This document shows positions 1 through 13,400 of a stretch of 64,000 nt of DNA, piece after piece. The stretch lies in NCBI RefSeq assembly GCF_964355755.1, contig NC_092672.1, forward strand, positions 35,160,437 through 35,224,436, in the 5' to 3' direction. Within the stretch, counting starts at the first letter, position 1; every line of letters begins with the position of its first letter. This stretch comes from Antedon mediterranea (taxonomy: Eukaryota > Animalia > Echinodermata). The notes beneath the pieces are model-generated. The model saw only the letters and a list, made by a program, of their open reading frames with translations, was not told the origin of the DNA and did no database searches. A program made the position numbers and the translations under genes.

Positions 1-1800
1 ACTACCATTAGACCTAACATTGACTGCTTTTCAGTAAGAACTTATTACTAAATGAAAGCACTCCTTGTTTTAACAATCCTCGTACATACAACTTAACAGA
101 TTCTAAAGTGTTCTTTTCTCTATTTCAAGTAGAACAGGTAGAACATACTAGCCTACAACAGCCTGTAATAAAACATAATTGAAATGGTTAGTAATTACCA
201 ATTGAAAGTTATTGTTAGTAGTGTTAGTTATTGTTAGTAGTGTTAGTTATTGTTAGTAGTGTTAGTTATTGTTAGTAGTGTTAGTTACTGGCTGCTAGTG
301 TTAGTTACTGCTAGTGTTAGTTATTGTTAGTGTTAGTTATTGTTAGTGTTGGTTACTGCTAGTGTTAGTTATTGTTAGTGTTAGTTACTGCTAGTGTTAG
401 TTATTGTTAGTGTTAGTTAGTGTTAGTTATTGTTAGTGTTAGTTACTGCTAGTGTTAGTTATTGTTAGTGTTAGTTACTGCTAGTGTTAGTTACTGCATA
501 GTTATTACTAGTTCAATAGTAGGTTTGAACAGGAAAAATACAACTTTAAAAAAACAAATTCTTCAGGCTGTACAGATAAACAAGGAAGTATGTGTATAAA
601 AAAACATGTCTGTGTTATTCAAATTTAAAAGTAATGGTTGACTTTTTGATAAAATAAAATAATTGGATGCAAGGCTGGAAAACAAGAATATGGTTAAACA
701 CAATAAAGCATATGGCTATCCATTGCTTGATTGCAGTATTCGAAGGATGAGGAAGCACAACGAAAGCATTTAATTCTTTAAATGTACAATTAAATAAATT
801 GACCATCAAAAACTATAACCTCTTGTCAACCTTGGTGATTATACATCCTGAATATCCAAGGAAAAGTGTAAAAGTTACTTCCAATATCTTTTTAATTAAA
901 ACTATTGTAAACATTAAGCCCACAACAAATTCAGAAAAATGTCAATACAGCTATAATGAATAATATTCATGATGTACAACCTGCAAAATACTTTGTTTTA
1001 TTTTAAATCATGTAACTATTGCATATACTGTATTTGCTTATTAATAATGTATTTCAACAAGTCTTTTGTTGAAAATGTTACTGAGCATAAATATCTGATA
1101 CTTTAATATTTTGAAGTATAGTACAAAGCTTTTCAAGGTCAACATTCCTTTTGTGTAAAAACAACAAATTATATAACGATCACATGTTATTCTATTGTCA
1201 CATTTCACACAATAAATGCTATACAGATTTTACTTGTTTATCTTCTTAATTAAATTATATAGATTTAAATAAGAAATTTCTAATGAAATTATGATTCAAT
1301 AAAATGGAGCAAAAGAAGGATATATTGAAATTTTGTGTACAACATGATTTCAAACCACAAAATTCTAAAACTTACAAAAACAAATGCGAACAACCAACAT
1401 ATTATATCTTAATGTCCAATCTGAAGGATGTATAAGTTTTAAAAGTTTCAACTTATTTTATAAGCACATTTTGTTTAAATCAAAAACTTATCTTTCCTTG
1501 CAAATCTATACACTGAGGCCGGCTGCCATTACAAGTACTATAGTCTTCTCTATCCTATTACCCAAGCAAATAACAAGATTTCAACTTACGTAACACCTGA
1601 CCCGCAGGGTGGTAAGGACTAAGGACTGTCTCCTCCGGCAGCTAGCAGTACCGTGAGACAGACACGACGAGTAAAAAAGGCAATGCTTGTTTGGATTGTT
1701 TGCTATCTCTGATGATTTATTTACCAGCCATTACTACACCAGTATCATTTATTAACCGAAGCTCTCTGCATTGCATATTCAAGATCACGAGTTATTTGTT
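1..1800 (-). other. Putative 5'-UTR exons of a minus-strand gene divergent from GOSR1 (exon ending at 1590, next exon starting at 162 and leaving the window)
   Basis: Minus-strand donor C|GTAAGT at 1589-1584 after a locally CpG-richer segment, and acceptor TTTTATTACAG at 164-163. No recognisable protein within the window. Confidence 0.3.
207..505. repeat. Low-complexity minisatellite (GTTAGTTATTGTTAGT/GTTAGTTACTGCTAGT units)
   Basis: Directly visible tandem units of about 16-19 bp. Confidence 0.9.
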
Positions 1801-1879
1801 GACGTTTTATTATTGAGTGGATTTTCCCTTTTCCGTGCTATAAATAGATAATAGATTGGGAAACTTTCATAATTAAATT

Positions 1880-1888
1880 GAGGGCGCT
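1880..1888 (+). promoter_or_regulatory. GAGGGCGC (CTCF-core-like) promoter motif of GOSR1
   Basis: About 55 bp upstream of the GOSR1 ATG. The same motif recurs upstream of most genes in the window. Confidence 0.5.
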
Positions 1889-1940
1889 GTCTGTCGTTTT
1901 TTAAAGAAAAAAGACGACGAAGACGAATATTTTCAGAAAT

Positions 1941-4900
1941 ATGGCGCACGGAGGAAACAAATGGGAAGGTAAAAATGTCGAAAAAATATGAATATAAATT
2001 ATGTTATAACTATTTTTATGTTGATTTATGGAGTTTAAGATCTAAAATAGATATCTGGATTATTTTCTTTGTTGTACAGGATGTATTTAGTAATTTACAG
2101 ACTGTTTTTGTCAGGCCCTAATCGTTAGGCCTACTTCACACTAACACATCGAGATGACGTGGAAGTGCAGCAAACCTTCCTTACTGCTGCCGCGCTCCGC
2201 CCGAACGACCCGAGTCCTTATGGCTTGAGATTAGGCCTAGACTTTTCTTAAAGGTTTTAATCCTATTATTTTAATATGATCGTTGGCTAGGCCTAGTAGT
2301 GTCTAGGCCCAGTAGGATAATATTTAGTTTAATCTAAATAAGATTGAATATTATTATTATTAATAATTATTAGTATTATATTAATTATTAGGCCTAGGCC
2401 TATGTCTGTTTGGTCATGGAGTTATAAATATAAATAACTGGTTTGGTTTGTGCATTTTAAAATCTTAATCTTACAATAATAATAACATGTGTTGTCTCAT
2501 GACTGTCTTAATATTCTTATTTATATGTTCTGTACAGATCTTCGTAAACAAGCTCGTCAATTGGAAAATGAGTTGGATTTAAAATTGGTATCCTTCAGTA
2601 AACTGGGTACCAGCTATAGTTCACAAAAAGATGATGATTATAATAGGTAAGTATCTAATCACAAGGAACTCAGTGAAATTTTTTAATGACTTTAGTTGGG
2701 AATAACACTAATAAAAACTGAAGAGAACACACCGTGGAGCATGAATGTGTGCTGCTTTCCACAGCATTTATTTGTCCAATATAAAATATCAGACACATAT
2801 AGAAAGCATACACATCATAACAAAAATATAAGAATATAAATTGTTTTGAGTCCAAAAATATATTACACATTTTAAATGGGTCTCTCATGCTTCCTGGACT
2901 ATAATTGGACTTGTTCCTCTTGATCATCAAGTAAATGTTTTTTTAGGTCTAAAAGTAAAATATGCTATATTCATTTAATATTGTTCTATCTCATCTTAAA
3001 CGCTAATCGTTGTTAGACATTGCGCGTCTCACTTGTGTTCGCCACTCAGTACGTTTTTGAGCAAGCATGTGTATAGGTCCGCGTGTGAAAAGTTCTGTTT
3101 CCTTTTTTATGTTTGCCATCCATGTTGTTTTTGGTCTTTCTCACACTCACGTCATATTGCGAATTTTGGACAAAAAGTGTTTTGAGAGCGCTTTTGATTT
3201 AAACATTAGCGCGAGCCTATCTTACCGCTGAGAATGGTATTGAGAAACCCGAAGACTTCACGCGAGCGAGACGAACTGACTAAGAACATTATTACTATAG
3301 ATTTTCACTTCATACACGCTTATTATTGAACAACAGTTAGTATAAATAACTGCTAGTTAATTAGAGACATTCGATGTTACTAAGAATACTAAAGAAATTA
3401 ATTATAATACAAATTTAAAAGATTTATAACGATTCTAGTTTAGGTAACATTCGCCCATTAACAATGAAAACAAACAAATCCTGCGTAGGAAATCGCGGAA
3501 CTCTAAAAAGTTTGTTTTAATATCACGCTAAAATTGTTTCCGAATTTTTAAATACATATTTGTAAATAGTATGTTAAATTTCAATATCTTTACTTTTAAT
3601 CTTCAAAAAATCAAAATGTTGATATTTTTTAAAAGAATTTTATGACCATTTGAAATCGGGTATATTTACTATCGATCGCGCTCCGCCGGTGCCCGAGTAG
3701 GTGTGTACGCGTCGCTTTTGCAGGCTCTATTCCCAGTAGCGAGTTTCGGTCGCGCTAACATAAGCAATGTTTTCTACATTTACATGCATTAGGGGTAAAT
3801 TATGTTTAATTGTTTTTACCGCATAACAAAATAACCACATTTATTTCTTTTCTTGCCTAACCGTTTCTGTCACCCTAAAATCAAATATTTTAACTGCATA
3901 ATTTTAAGCGACAATAACATACAAATAGGCCTACTATAATTTGATCACTTCGCAATACTTTAAAGTTGTTGTATACAATTATTTTAAGAATATAAATAAA
4001 AACACACAGAAACTAATAAAATGGCAACTAATTGAAAAGTCAAACTCATTTATTTCATCAATTAAATATTTGAAAAAAATCAAATCAAGTAAGGTACTGC
4101 TGTGTAGGCCTTAAATATGATTACTGTATTTTTTAGTTTTAATTTGTATAATGGCCTAGGCCTAATAATATAGTACTAACAACATGTTTATTTCTAAAGG
4201 CAAGAATAACAAACAGCTTTATTTATTTACCTTCAATATTAAATCTATGAGAAACCTCAATTATGAGAATCATTTAAATTTCTGTCACCGTACATTTCAT
4301 TATAATGAAAACCTTTAATTTAAAAGACATTTAATTAATAAGAGCTGGTCAAATTTTTTTGAATGTCAACATGCTGTCTATAAATAGCCGCTTTCAAGTG
4401 ATGCAAATTTTTTCTGGAGTCAGATCCTATAAAAAATATAGAAATATAAAAAGTATGTTAATTTAAATATGTATTTGAAAGATGGGCTAGAGGTATACTG
4501 CATGATAAATTAGGCTGAAAAACCTAGCATGTGGTCCTAGGCCTACTACAAGGCCTAGCTTAATGTTTTAAATCCCATAAAACGTTTGAATTTAATACAA
4601 GTACAAAATCTAATTTATATAGAGTTGTAAAGTGTGGTACATTCAGTACATTAATTAAAATAAATGAGAATGGGGCCTAATATTAATAAATAAACATGTA
4701 AAAAATTGGCCTAAACGACTACGTGTGTATCTATACGCATTGATTAACACGCAGTACGCGTTGGACCATCAAGGCTAGGCCCAGCTTCGCACAAACCACC
4801 GTTATACATGTGATTTGTTTACCTATTTCAATCGCCATTTAAAAAATACCTGAAAATATCAACATGCCCATTTTTTGTCAAACGAATCTTTACATTACAT

Positions 4901-7719
4901 AGTAACTTTTTATTTAGTCACTCGTTTACTCAAAAATTGAGGAATTTTTTTATGGTCTCGTAAAAATGTACAATATTATTATTGATAAAAACCGTATAAA
5001 ATCTAACAAAAAGAAGAGCAAATTCAATGATTACCTGAAACGATCATAACTGCTATCCTGTTCCAAAAACCAAGTCACATGCTTCTTCAACCCTTGCTTT
5101 AATTATTCTCATGAATTATTCATAAGGAACTATAATTTTAAGGCTTTCAATTGGTTAAAAGAGTTTAACCCTATTAAAATTTTAAATTCACATCATTTCC
5201 GGGTGATGTTGTCGCGCTTCGATGAATCTCAGAAATCACAAATGACCGCTAGAGGGCTCACTACTTTTTGTCTAGTCTAAATGAATGTGTTCTCTAACTA
5301 TCTAGCTTCTGTTAAATAATTACTTTATATTTCATTTACAAGGCCAAATCCAGACAAGCGGAAGCATTTTAGTTGGTCTTTTTGTCAAATAAGTTGAGCA
5401 ATGTTTATCATTTTGCAATAAAGAGATATGTAGTAATAAAATTCACCTGAGGTTATCATGAATTGCAAACTTGTATATTAAAAATAAGGACATCTCACCA
5501 TAAAAAAAAACAATACTTTTTCTCTCCTCTCCAGTTCTGATTCTTCACCCCTTCTTGGAGGTTCCAACAGCGACAGAATGTTTGAAACTATGTCAATGGA
5601 GATTGAACAATTACTTGCAAAGGTATTAACAATTTTGAATACAAAATAATACAGAATATCGTATCGCAGTACAATCCCATACACAAATATAATTAAGGGT
5701 TCCCACTTGACTAATGGATCCACTCGACGTCAGTGATTTAGTTCACTGTCTTTTGTTTCTCATTATTTTGGTGTTGTACCTTTGTATTGTCCTTGTTTTT
5801 TTTAATGAATAAATTAAATTAAATCCTATCCCTAATTTATGCTAGATTTGAGGAGAAATATTTTTGGTAATTTATATACCTCCGAGTGCAATCTCATGGC
5901 CTAATTTGTGCATAACTTCATATCCAGGGCCCTTGTAATGTTTTACCTAAAGATAGATAACTCAATTTTGCAATTATTTGTATATACTTCAGTATGTGTA
6001 CTCATTTATTTAAATATCTGATAAATTGGTTGATTTTCTAGTTAACAGAAGTAAATGACCGTATGTCGGAATACACAAACAGTGTATCATCGTTATCACC
6101 GAGTGCAGCACTTCTGCACACGCTCCAACGGCACCGAGACATTCTCCAGGATTACTCGCACGAGTTCCAGAAAACGAGAACAAATATTAGCGTGTGTCGG
6201 GAGCGAGAAGATCTGTTGGGGTCGGTTCGAAGGGAAATTGATGCGTACAAGAACTCATCAGGGCTGAATAGGAGGACGGACATGTATCTAAAGGAACATG
6301 AGCATTTAAGGAAGTATGTCAATGTCCTACATCTCATAAATCTGTTGTATTATACCAATATGTTTCATTATATAGAGAACAATAGCCATATTCCCCATTC
6401 TGATTTTCAATTTGGTTTTCTATGTAAATATCACTTAAGGAAAATTCTTAAATATATACCTTATTGACTTAAGTGAAATAATTATTTAAAGGAAATATCT
6501 CACTTTAGTGTGATTTGATACAGTCACTGATCTTTATTATCCATATTAATTTAATTTTTTACATTTTAATTTTGTAAAAATGCCAAACTATGTACTAGAT
6601 GTTATACCTTAATTAGTGAAATTATTCCTTAATGGCATTACACTATTCTATGTTGTTTTTCAGCTCTGATAGGTTAACAGATGAAACAATTAAGTGAGTA
6701 TAAGCTTTTGTCATGTTTGTAATTTCATAGAATTGATAAAGGATCAAACTGTTTATGTGTGGCTGCCACACGATCACTTCCACACCCATTAACAGACACT
6801 GTGAAGAATATGTACATAGTACAGTACTGTTATTTGTCGCAGCCAGACATAAGATCAAAGGAATGTTACGAGTTCTTATCTTGGCAAGGCAAGCTCAGTG
6901 TCCTGTAGTTAGATTGCCTTGCTTAAATCTGGTCGTATCAGCTAGTTGATTTGACTTTTAAATTAAATTTGCTCTCAAATAAATAAAAAATGTTAATGAA
7001 TTTTGTTGTCTTAAAATGTATTTGTTTATCTTGACAGTATTGCCATAGCAACTAAAGAAAACCTAATGTCACAACGAAGTACCTTACGCAAGATCACTGG
7101 TTCTATGACCAATATGGTCAGTATCCTTTGAAAAGTACTAAAGCTCTGTCCACACTATCAAACTTTTTTTTTTTTTTAAGTGTGATGTGCTTAAATACGG
7201 TAGTGGTGTGAAGTCATCATGTCTGCACATCAAAATCTACAGAAAAATAATCTCTGACTTTATTACTAATCACACTAAAGCTCCGTTTACACTTTCAAAC
7301 TAGTTTGATAAACAAAGTGTGATGTGCCCAAATATGGTAGTGATATGACATCATCGTGTCCATATATGGGCACATCACATTGTTTTGTCACATAAAAGTT
7401 TGATAGTGTAGACCGAGCTTAACTGGTAAAATGTAATATTGTGTAGTATTTATATGTGATGTCACAGAACAACTCCTAGAGGTCTCACACTTGCTTTGAA
7501 GAAACCAAGAAATAAGAGACTCATACTTTCATTAATCTTTCAATTTTGTTTTTCCATTAATTCCATAATGTATTCCTTAACCAAAAACTTTCAGATCGAT
7601 TTCCAGTTATCAATAGTTTAGTCCAGAGAATAAACTTAAGAAAAAGACGAGATTCAATTATTCTAGGTAGTGTTATAGCAACATGTATTATTCTGCTACT
7701 TCTCTATGCATTTCACTAA
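1941..7719 (+). CDS. GOSR1: Golgi SNAP receptor complex member 1 (GS28), 7 coding exons
   Basis: Exons 1941-1968, 2538-2646, 5535-5622, 6042-6313, 6664-6693, 7038-7120, 7595-7719 join in frame: WEDLRKQARQLENELDLKLVSFSKLG...TLQRHRDILQDYSHEF...NRFPVINSLVQRINLRKRRDSIILG plus a C-terminal TM anchor. Confidence 0.95.
7121..7594 (+). other. U12-type (minor spliceosome) GT-AG intron, last intron of GOSR1
   Basis: Donor GTATCCTTT at 7121, branch site TTCCTTAAC at 7573-7581, CAG acceptor at 7592-7594, no long polypyrimidine tract. Confidence 0.92.
7279..7419. mobile_element. Harbinger/Tourist-like MITE, family A
   Basis: Family TIR AGCTCTGTCTACACTATCAAAC (degenerate here), TAA on both flanks. Confidence 0.8.
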
Positions 7720-8116
7720 TATGAGGAAGAGGGGTAGAATTTGGTCCAGGGGGTAATGAGAGAAGGGCATGTAGAATGTTGTCCAGGGAGTGACAAGAAG
7801 AGAGCATTTATAATGTTGTCCAGGGAGTATCAAGAAGAGAGCATGTCGAATTTGGCAAACGGTGAGGTATCAGATGGAGTGAAAAGCAGATTTGTTCTAG
7901 ACTGATTGCCTAAAATAAACAGGACAATCAAAGAGGTTAGAGAGCAATCTTCACAAAGTAAAATGCTTGGAATACAACCCAAGTGTATAGAAGATTAACC
8001 ATATAGAATTATGTAAAATAATAATAAGTAAGTCAGCTATAGTGGACTTAAGTTGTTTGGTGTCTTTCCTAAATCTACAGAAAAATAATCTGGGACTTTA
8101 TTACTAATCACACTAA

Positions 8117-8252
8117 AGCTTCGTCTACACTCTCAAACTAGTTTGACAAAGTGTGATGTGCCCAAATGTGGTAGTGATATGACATCATTATGTCCATATT
8201 TGGGCACATCACATTTTTTTGTCACATTAAGTTTGATAATGTAGACAGAGCT
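8117..8252. mobile_element. Harbinger-like MITE, family A (GOSR1 3' region)
   Basis: Same TIRs, TAA/TTA flanks. Confidence 0.8.
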
Positions 8253-8335
8253 TTAGGGAAACACTTCACATTTATAATTCTTTTATCTAGTATCCCCAAA
8301 ACAAACAGATTTTACACACCACACCGGGACAACAT

Positions 8336-8722
8336 TTTTTTTTTTTTTTTTTTTTTTTTTATTTTTTTTTTATTCGACTTCTTACTAACTCAGTTAGTGA
8401 AGGATCTGGACCAACAGGTGGTAAACACCTCTAAAATGGCCCAGTCCCAATTTGCACAGTGGCTGTGTGTGACAGTGGCTGTGTTTGTGTGGACTAGTAC
8501 ACCGAGGTAGCCCCCTACTCGTCTCGAAAGATGTACTAGGTTCTTTAAAGTGCGCATGAGCTATGTGTACACTGGACCTACGGTTTATAGTCCTTATCCG
8601 AGAAGACTCGTTCTACCACCAGAACCATGGAGTGAGTGAGCCTCGAACCCCTGCCGATGTTATGGCTACTTAATTACGGTTTCACTGTCTTAACCGCTCG
8701 GCCACTCACTCACTCACTCACT
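8336..8722 (-). mobile_element. tRNA-derived SINE with Nin/Deu-like central domain and poly(A) tail
   Basis: Minus strand: A box TGGCCGAGCGGTTAAG, B box GGTTCGAGGC, core TCGGATAAGGACTATAAACCGTAGGTCC...TAAAGAACC...GAGTAGGGGG...CCTCGGTGT resembling the Deu/Nin domain (from memory), hairpin tail and A-run. Confidence 0.8.
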
Positions 8723-9960
8723 CCTGAACATTGCTGTTCAGTATGGTGTGCACCCCAGAGTTTTGCTCGGTGAAAGGGTACAAGTGAATGCCACAAATAT
8801 TTATTAACTTAAGTGAAATAGTTAGTATAAGGGATAACATAAGGATAGTATAAATTCACTTAAGTGTGACTGTTGAATACCAATTATCTCATGAGGTAAA
8901 AATATCGAACAGGCGTATCGAAAAATTGTAACCAAACGCTAAGCATTATTGTATTGATTATAAATTGGAAAAATATTGTTTTGAAATCATTTTTAAAACA
9001 CTAGGTGGTGGAGCACACACATACTTGACACAATTATGTTTGATTATGCGACACAACTAAAAATAATAAATTTGTAAACATTATTGCATCCAAGTTATAT
9101 AATGGTTAACAAAAGGTTTGATTTATACGCAGTAGGTGAAAGATTTTCAAATGTTATTCACAACGTTTGTAAGTCAGTTGGTATCAGACATGGTACCTTG
9201 TAGTACACTTCTATTGGCTGTAAAATATGAATAAACACTCATCCACATTGCAAAGGGTGTGTGGGACACATTCAAAACATTACAATCTGTTTCATACAAT
9301 ATCTGGTGAATTTCTTTTTAAAGAGTTTCTTTTACAAATATATATTATTCCTATATTTAATTGTTTAAAAGATATTTTTTTTTGTAGGAGTGGAATATAT
9401 TGTTGAAAATCTGTTTTTATTTATTTGTTACACTGAACTTGTTTAAGTTAGCCTGTATTCAAAGACTTTCATCAGAAAATCATGAAAAAATATTATTTTG
9501 AAATTGGATATAAAGCTAAAAGGGGCATCGTGAAATCCCCTGTTGTTGTTTTGGTCATAGAGTTGATCATTATGTGTAGAAACATGTTAGAAATGCTATT
9601 CATACCATCTTTAATATATATTAAATAATTAAAAAACTGAATACATCCTACATCATAGAAGATATGTAAATGACCCACCTGTATTGTGTTCATATTTTAG
9701 TTAATTTAATAAAACATTTTTTGGATTAGGAAATTTAAATTTTAAGAAATATAATTTGTTAATTTAACTGAAATTTTTTCTTTTTTTCTCCTACGTGTAG
9801 TTAAATTGTCTTAATTGTGCAAAATGTAAATATGTAACGTATATAGTAGTTTGTGAATAATATTAAATTGCAATAAGATTGATTTTTAGTTTCTTTTTTT
9901 ATTTTATTGTATGAATTCGGACTATGAATACGATCGACTGCTGAAAAGTTTATTATGCAT

Positions 9961-9969
9961 AGAGGGCGC
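9961..9969 (+). promoter_or_regulatory. AGAGGGCGC promoter motif of METTL16
   Basis: About 120 bp upstream of the putative 5'-UTR donor GTAAGT at 10087. Confidence 0.55.
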
Positions 9970-10493
9970 GTGTCGTGTTTTCAAAAACACATGTTTTTCT
10001 TTGAACGACGTTTGTTGATCGTCGTTCGTCGTGTGTTGTTGATAATGAGGAGAAGAAAGGTTTGTTCAATTTGACATTTTAAAAATGTAAGTATAACTAA
10101 ATCTGTTGAATAATCAAAATATGTTATAGACTACATAAAATAATTGGTCTATGCATATTAATGTCAGTCATATAACTTGGCCTACTGTGTGAGCTAACAA
10201 AGTCAGGTGTTGCAGTATGGACTATGGTGGTTTATGTATGGTAAAGAGTAGCTAGGAAAGTGGGGAAGCTTGACCAGAAAAAAAGCCTAGGCCTAGCTTT
10301 TCTTAAACCGTGGAAATTCGGTGTTTATCGATGAAATGTGTTGTTTTGTTTGTACTGTGTATTCATATTTATTTTGCTTGCGAAAAAAAACCAATAATAT
10401 TAATAATAATTTAATATTAATAATAAATAACATTATTATTAATAAATATTGACCACCACCTATCTTTTTTTGTGACAGAACTACTCCAGTAGA

Positions 10494-13400
10494 ATGACAC
10501 TGAATAAGTTTATGCATCCAAGAAACATATACTTCAATAACCCACCAGATTTTGCAAAACTATGCGAGAAATACCCAGACTTCAAAAGTCATACATTGAC
10601 CTCGTCGTCTGCTAAAGTTAACATAGACTTCAAGGATCCAGAAGCTCTACGTTCATTGACCTGCACTCTGTTGAAAGAGGATTTTGGCTTGGATGTTCAC
10701 CTGCCGATTGATAGAATAATTCCAACAGTGCCATTACGTTTGAACTACATTCTCTGGATTGAAGATTTGCTGAGAAAAAGTGATATACCATTGGATCGAC
10801 AGATTACTGGCATTGATATTGGTGTGGAATTTTTTTATATCAATTTTTTTTTAATTTATTCATTCAATTTAATATTTTATTCTATTATAAAAAAACAAAA
10901 AAAATTGAATACTGATTATAAAATGTCTTGAAATAAAAATGGATTTTAAAGTGATCAAATCTCTATACTTACCAGAAGATATATTGTGACATTCTTTGGT
11001 GGTGTTTTTAATGACATCCTAAAGCTCTGTCTACACATCAAACTTAAGTGACAAAAAATGCCCATATATGGACATGATGATGTCATACTACAACTACTAT
11101 ATTTGTGCACATGACACTTTTTGTGTTGAACTAGATTGATAGTGTAGACAGATTATAAGTTATGTCCTCTGTTAATTTTAACTCTTGTTATTTCAGGCTG
11201 TGGCTCATCATGTATCTATCCACTTCTTGGTTTTAAACTGAATAACTGGAAGTTCATTGCGTCTGAAGTTGATTCCTTGTCTCTTCAATATGCAAAAGAA
11301 AATGTACAGGAAAACAATGCTGAAAACTTTATTACAGGTGAAACACTTTATGACTATACTTTTGGTTTACCATAAGAGCTTTTATTAATTAATCAATATT
11401 TGGAAACTAGGAATTATTAAAAATTAATTGGCATTAATGTTGAAAATTTATTATGCAATAACAATATTGAACATTTATAAATAGGTGTTTGAATCATTAA
11501 CACACTTACTCTATATAAGCGACATCGATAACTCCAGAGGGCGCTATATTTACAAGGTAAATCGGAACGAAAATTTCCATCTAGGATGTAAATTTACATC
11601 ACCGTGCTAGCCTCGCGCCTATGGAACTTTTTTGTCCTGATTTACCTTTTAAATATGGCGCCCTCTGGAGTTATCGAATTCACTTATTGTTGCTGTCTGA
11701 TAGACACATAATATTATCTTAACTTCATCCTAGTATATGAAGCAGTAGAAAATACAATGCTGTTGGAAATCATTGCGGACAATCCTCGACCAGATTACCA
11801 TTTCACGATGTGTAACCCACCATTCTTCGGTAACATGTTAGAAGCGCAAGGAATACTGTCTCGCAGCATGGACAGAGCTGAACCAAAGTCGGTGTGCACT
11901 GCCGCCGAGATTGAATGCATTGCCGACGGAGGTGAAGTAGAGTTTGTTAAAAGAATGATCCAAGATAGTCTTAAATTGAGACACAAAGTTTTGTAAGTAA
12001 CATACTAACAATTTGTTTTTTTATTTAGCAAAATTTAGCAAAAAATTACAACATTTTCATCTTATAATTTGCAACATTCTGTTTGTAGGAGCCTTTTACT
12101 TTTTTGCTGTATTTTAAAAAGTAAATAAAAAAATTTCAATAAATTCTTATTTTGTATAATCTTTGTGCATCTTTAATACTTGTTTGTTCTACATCTGTCT
12201 TCAAAAAGACTAAAAATCTTGCTATTTACATTCCACTGTATCAAATTAAAATTTCACCTTAATTTTTGGAGTTTTTTATGAATCCAAATTATGTTAATTT
12301 ATATAACACTTGTAATATCAGTGTGTTTTTTTTATTACTAAGGTGGTTCACTTCCATGGTTGGTAAGAAAGCCAGTCTTCCGTTGATAAAACAAGATCTT
12401 CACAAACATAAGGTAGGTCTAAAGAAAAACAAATATTTATTTATGCTGATAAATATTCATTACTTTCTTTAAAATGTGTTAAAAAGTATATATAAGAGTA
12501 AACTAAAGTCATACTAAGCCACGGCTTGACCTCTGACCCTGATGTTCTACTATTGGCCAATGGATGTTATGTTCAAATCTTAAGCTCTGTCTACACACTA
12601 TCAAACTAGTTTGACAAAAAAAGTGTGATGTGCCCAAATATAGTAGTGATATTCCCAAATATAGTAGTGATATGCCCAAATATAGTAGTGATATTCCCAA
12701 ATATAGTAGTGATATGACATGATTATCACATAAAGTTTGATAGTGCAGAAAGAGCTTTATAGGTTGGATAGCTAGTGTGCTTAACAATTTATACTTTATT
12801 TTGTAGATATCACATTTTACAACGACTGAATTCTGTCAAGGGCGTACAATGAGATGGGGAGTTGCTTGGACGTTTCACGATGAAGTTGAAATACTGGTAT
12901 GCAGGTTTTTTTCATTCTTGTTTAAAACATACTTAACATCAGAGAATAACGTCTAAAAAGCACACTTTGCTATAAATTAATATTTTTGTACATGAACCTA
13001 ACCAACGTACGCGATAACCAGAGATGGTGTTTGTACGTTACGGATACAGATAACCAGAGATGGTGTTTGTACGTTACGGATACAGATAACCAGAGATGGT
13101 GTTTGTACGTTACGGATACAGATAACCAGAGATGGTGTTTGTACGTTACGGATACAGATAACCAGAGATGGTGTTTGTACGTTACGGATACAGATAACCA
13201 GAGATGGTGTTTGTACGTTACGGATACAGATAACCAGAGATGGTGTTTGTACGTTACGGATACAGATAACCAGAGATGGTGTTTGTACGTTACGGATACA
13301 GATAACCAGAGATGGTGTTTGTACGTTACGGATACAGATAACCAGAGATGGTGTTTGTACGTTACGGATACAGATAACCAGAGATGGTGTTTGTACGTTA

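Noticed and set aside
8640-8705. tRNA gene (also 19118-19185)
   Set aside because: A and B boxes belong to SINE heads. There is no complete cloverleaf and the sequence continues into a repeated body.
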